Positions 62,550-64,000 of a stretch of 64,000 nucleotides of DNA are shown piece by piece. The DNA comes from Utricularia gibba (Eukaryota; Plantae; Magnoliophyta): contig NEEC01000004.1 in the NCBI GenBank assembly GCA_002189035.1, positions 558,001 to 622,000 on the forward strand, read 5' to 3'. The notes under the pieces were generated by a model. That model had not been told where the DNA came from and made no database searches. It saw nothing but the letters and a program-made list of their open reading frames with translations. The position numbers and the translations under genes are program-made. Numbering within the stretch: position 1 is the stretch's first letter; each line of letters begins with the position of its first letter.

Positions 62550-63740
62550 ATGGAGGATGTATGTGAACCGGAGCAAGTGTTGCGAAAGCAATCTACCTCA
62601 TCGGCTGCAAGACTACCCCTGGTTCCCACTGAAAACAAGAATGGAGCTTCTCGCCAAGGTCGAATCAGCTCAAGGCACCGGTCACCTACACCATCTGCGG
62701 GTACTGGTTCAAAGCGGCATCCTTCTCCAAATGGACGTAATGCATCATTGCCTTCAATTCTGTCAACACCAAAGAGAGCGACATCAGTTGAAAAAATGCG
62801 GCCATATAGGTCATCTTCATCAACCCCTGTGCAGGAGACGGTTGAAGGGGAGTTTTTTGTAAGGAAACAACCTGGCAGTAAGTTACCTGAATCTTTATGG
62901 CCATCCACAATGCGGAGTCTTGCTGTTTCTTTTCGATCAGATGCTCAATCACTTCCAAGTAGTAAGAGGGAGAGGCATGTTTCTTGCACACCTTCAAATG
63001 TCACCAGTAAATTGGCTGAAGCTTCTGATTCCAGGAAGCCAACCCCAGAAAGGATGAGGAGTCCAATTAAGGGAAAAAATTCTTCTGACGAGTTAGAGAA
63101 TTCGAAACCTGTTGATAATTTACCCCTTCGCCTAGCAGATAAACATAGATGGCCAAGCAAAACAAATGGTAAAGTGTCAAGTGCTCTTAACAGAAGTATT
63201 GACCTGGTTGACAAGAGTGCCAAGTTTTCATCATTATCATCATCAGTATCTGGTTCGTCTTCTTATAGAAGACTTTCTTTGGACGGAGCAACTAAGTCAT
63301 TGTCCAAATTGTCAAGTGATTTGCTAATGCAACTGTCTCGTGATGACAGTGCCCTGCAAATGCAAAAGCTTGGCTCAACAATGTCATCAGATAGATTGCA
63401 ATTGGCAAATGCGGCAGCTAGAGCTCTGTCCTCACCATCTCATGGAATGCACCCTCGCTCACGATCTGTGACCCGAGGGAGCAGTCCATCTCAATCAAAG
63501 GTTGCCCCTTCTTCCAGAGGATCCAGTCCGTCTAGGGTAAGACAACCGAGTCCATCTAGGCAACCTCAGATTCCAACTTCTGTCTTGAGCTTTATTGTGG
63601 ATATTAGAAAAGGAAAGAAGTCTGCAAGTTACATTGATGATGTACATCAACTAAGGATGCTGTATAATAGACAATTGCAATGGAGATATGCAAATGCTCA
63701 AGTTGATGCCGCAATGCAATCTCAGAAAGTAAAAGCAGAG
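62550..63740 (+). CDS. QWRF-motif microtubule-associated protein (QWRF4/8, AUG8-like); first coding exon only, gene runs off the window
   Basis: Ser/Arg-rich open exon with PESLWPSTMRSLAVSF, SDELENSKP, SVLSFIVDIRKGKK and DDVHQLRMLYNRQLQWRYANA; donor at 63741. Confidence 0.9.
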
Positions 63741-64000
63741 GTTTGGTATTAAATCCTGGTGTTTTTCAACAATTTTTTAAATGACTATATATGTGACCAT
63801 TTACTTAGCTACACTTCATAGTGTTTTAGTTGTATCATTGATAATAATGGTCGATTCTTACTCTAGAAAATGTGATTTTAGCTCTTAACGTGAAGCATTT
63901 TCTTTCCCAAGAGGCAGGAAAATGTAGAACTAGATTCTCCTTTTTATAAACTCAGAGTCATCCTTTTTAGCTAAATGTTATTTGGTAATGCAGAAGATGT

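Noticed and set aside
952-63223. The many short antisense and alternative-frame ORFs in the supplied track
   Set aside because: They overlap identified exons, introns or UTRs and are explained as shadow ORFs of GC-rich coding sequence.

Overview
Eukaryotic (eudicot) nuclear DNA, very gene-dense (about 25 genes in 64 kb, most introns 70-130 bp). The compactness is consistent with a miniature genome such as Lentibulariaceae, but the species is an inference. There are no CRISPR arrays, rRNA/tRNA genes or intact transposons. Genes in order: ARPC3 (partial), RING protein, K+-dependent vacuolar H+-PPase, PHOX TPR/PB1 protein, an RGF/GLV peptide precursor missed by the ORF track, a RING-H2 gene plus a RING-less tandem copy, class II KNOX, a candidate secreted Cys protein, NAC, a small RPYHRNC protein, TMN, ABHD17-like hydrolase, UGT89-like, a FIP1[V]-like pseudogene, CIPK6-like with a peptide uORF, a tandem MIR156 pair, GAPN, mitochondrial EF-Ts, a CIK/SARK-like LRR-RLK, GDP-fucose synthase, plastid rpl35, a PPR-like mitochondrial protein, an Elongin-B-like protein and a QWRF gene (partial). 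The top observation is an otherwise unexplained minus-strand region (about 52.5-53.6 kb) carrying a miR171-complementary site with a net 3-nt central insertion and no hairpin partner or GRAS context, i.e. the architecture of an IPS1-like endogenous target mimic. Caveat: at least six conserved genes carry frameshifts that are repaired by adding one base to a homopolymer, so the assembly probably has indel errors. Exon coordinates were read by eye and may be off by a few bases.
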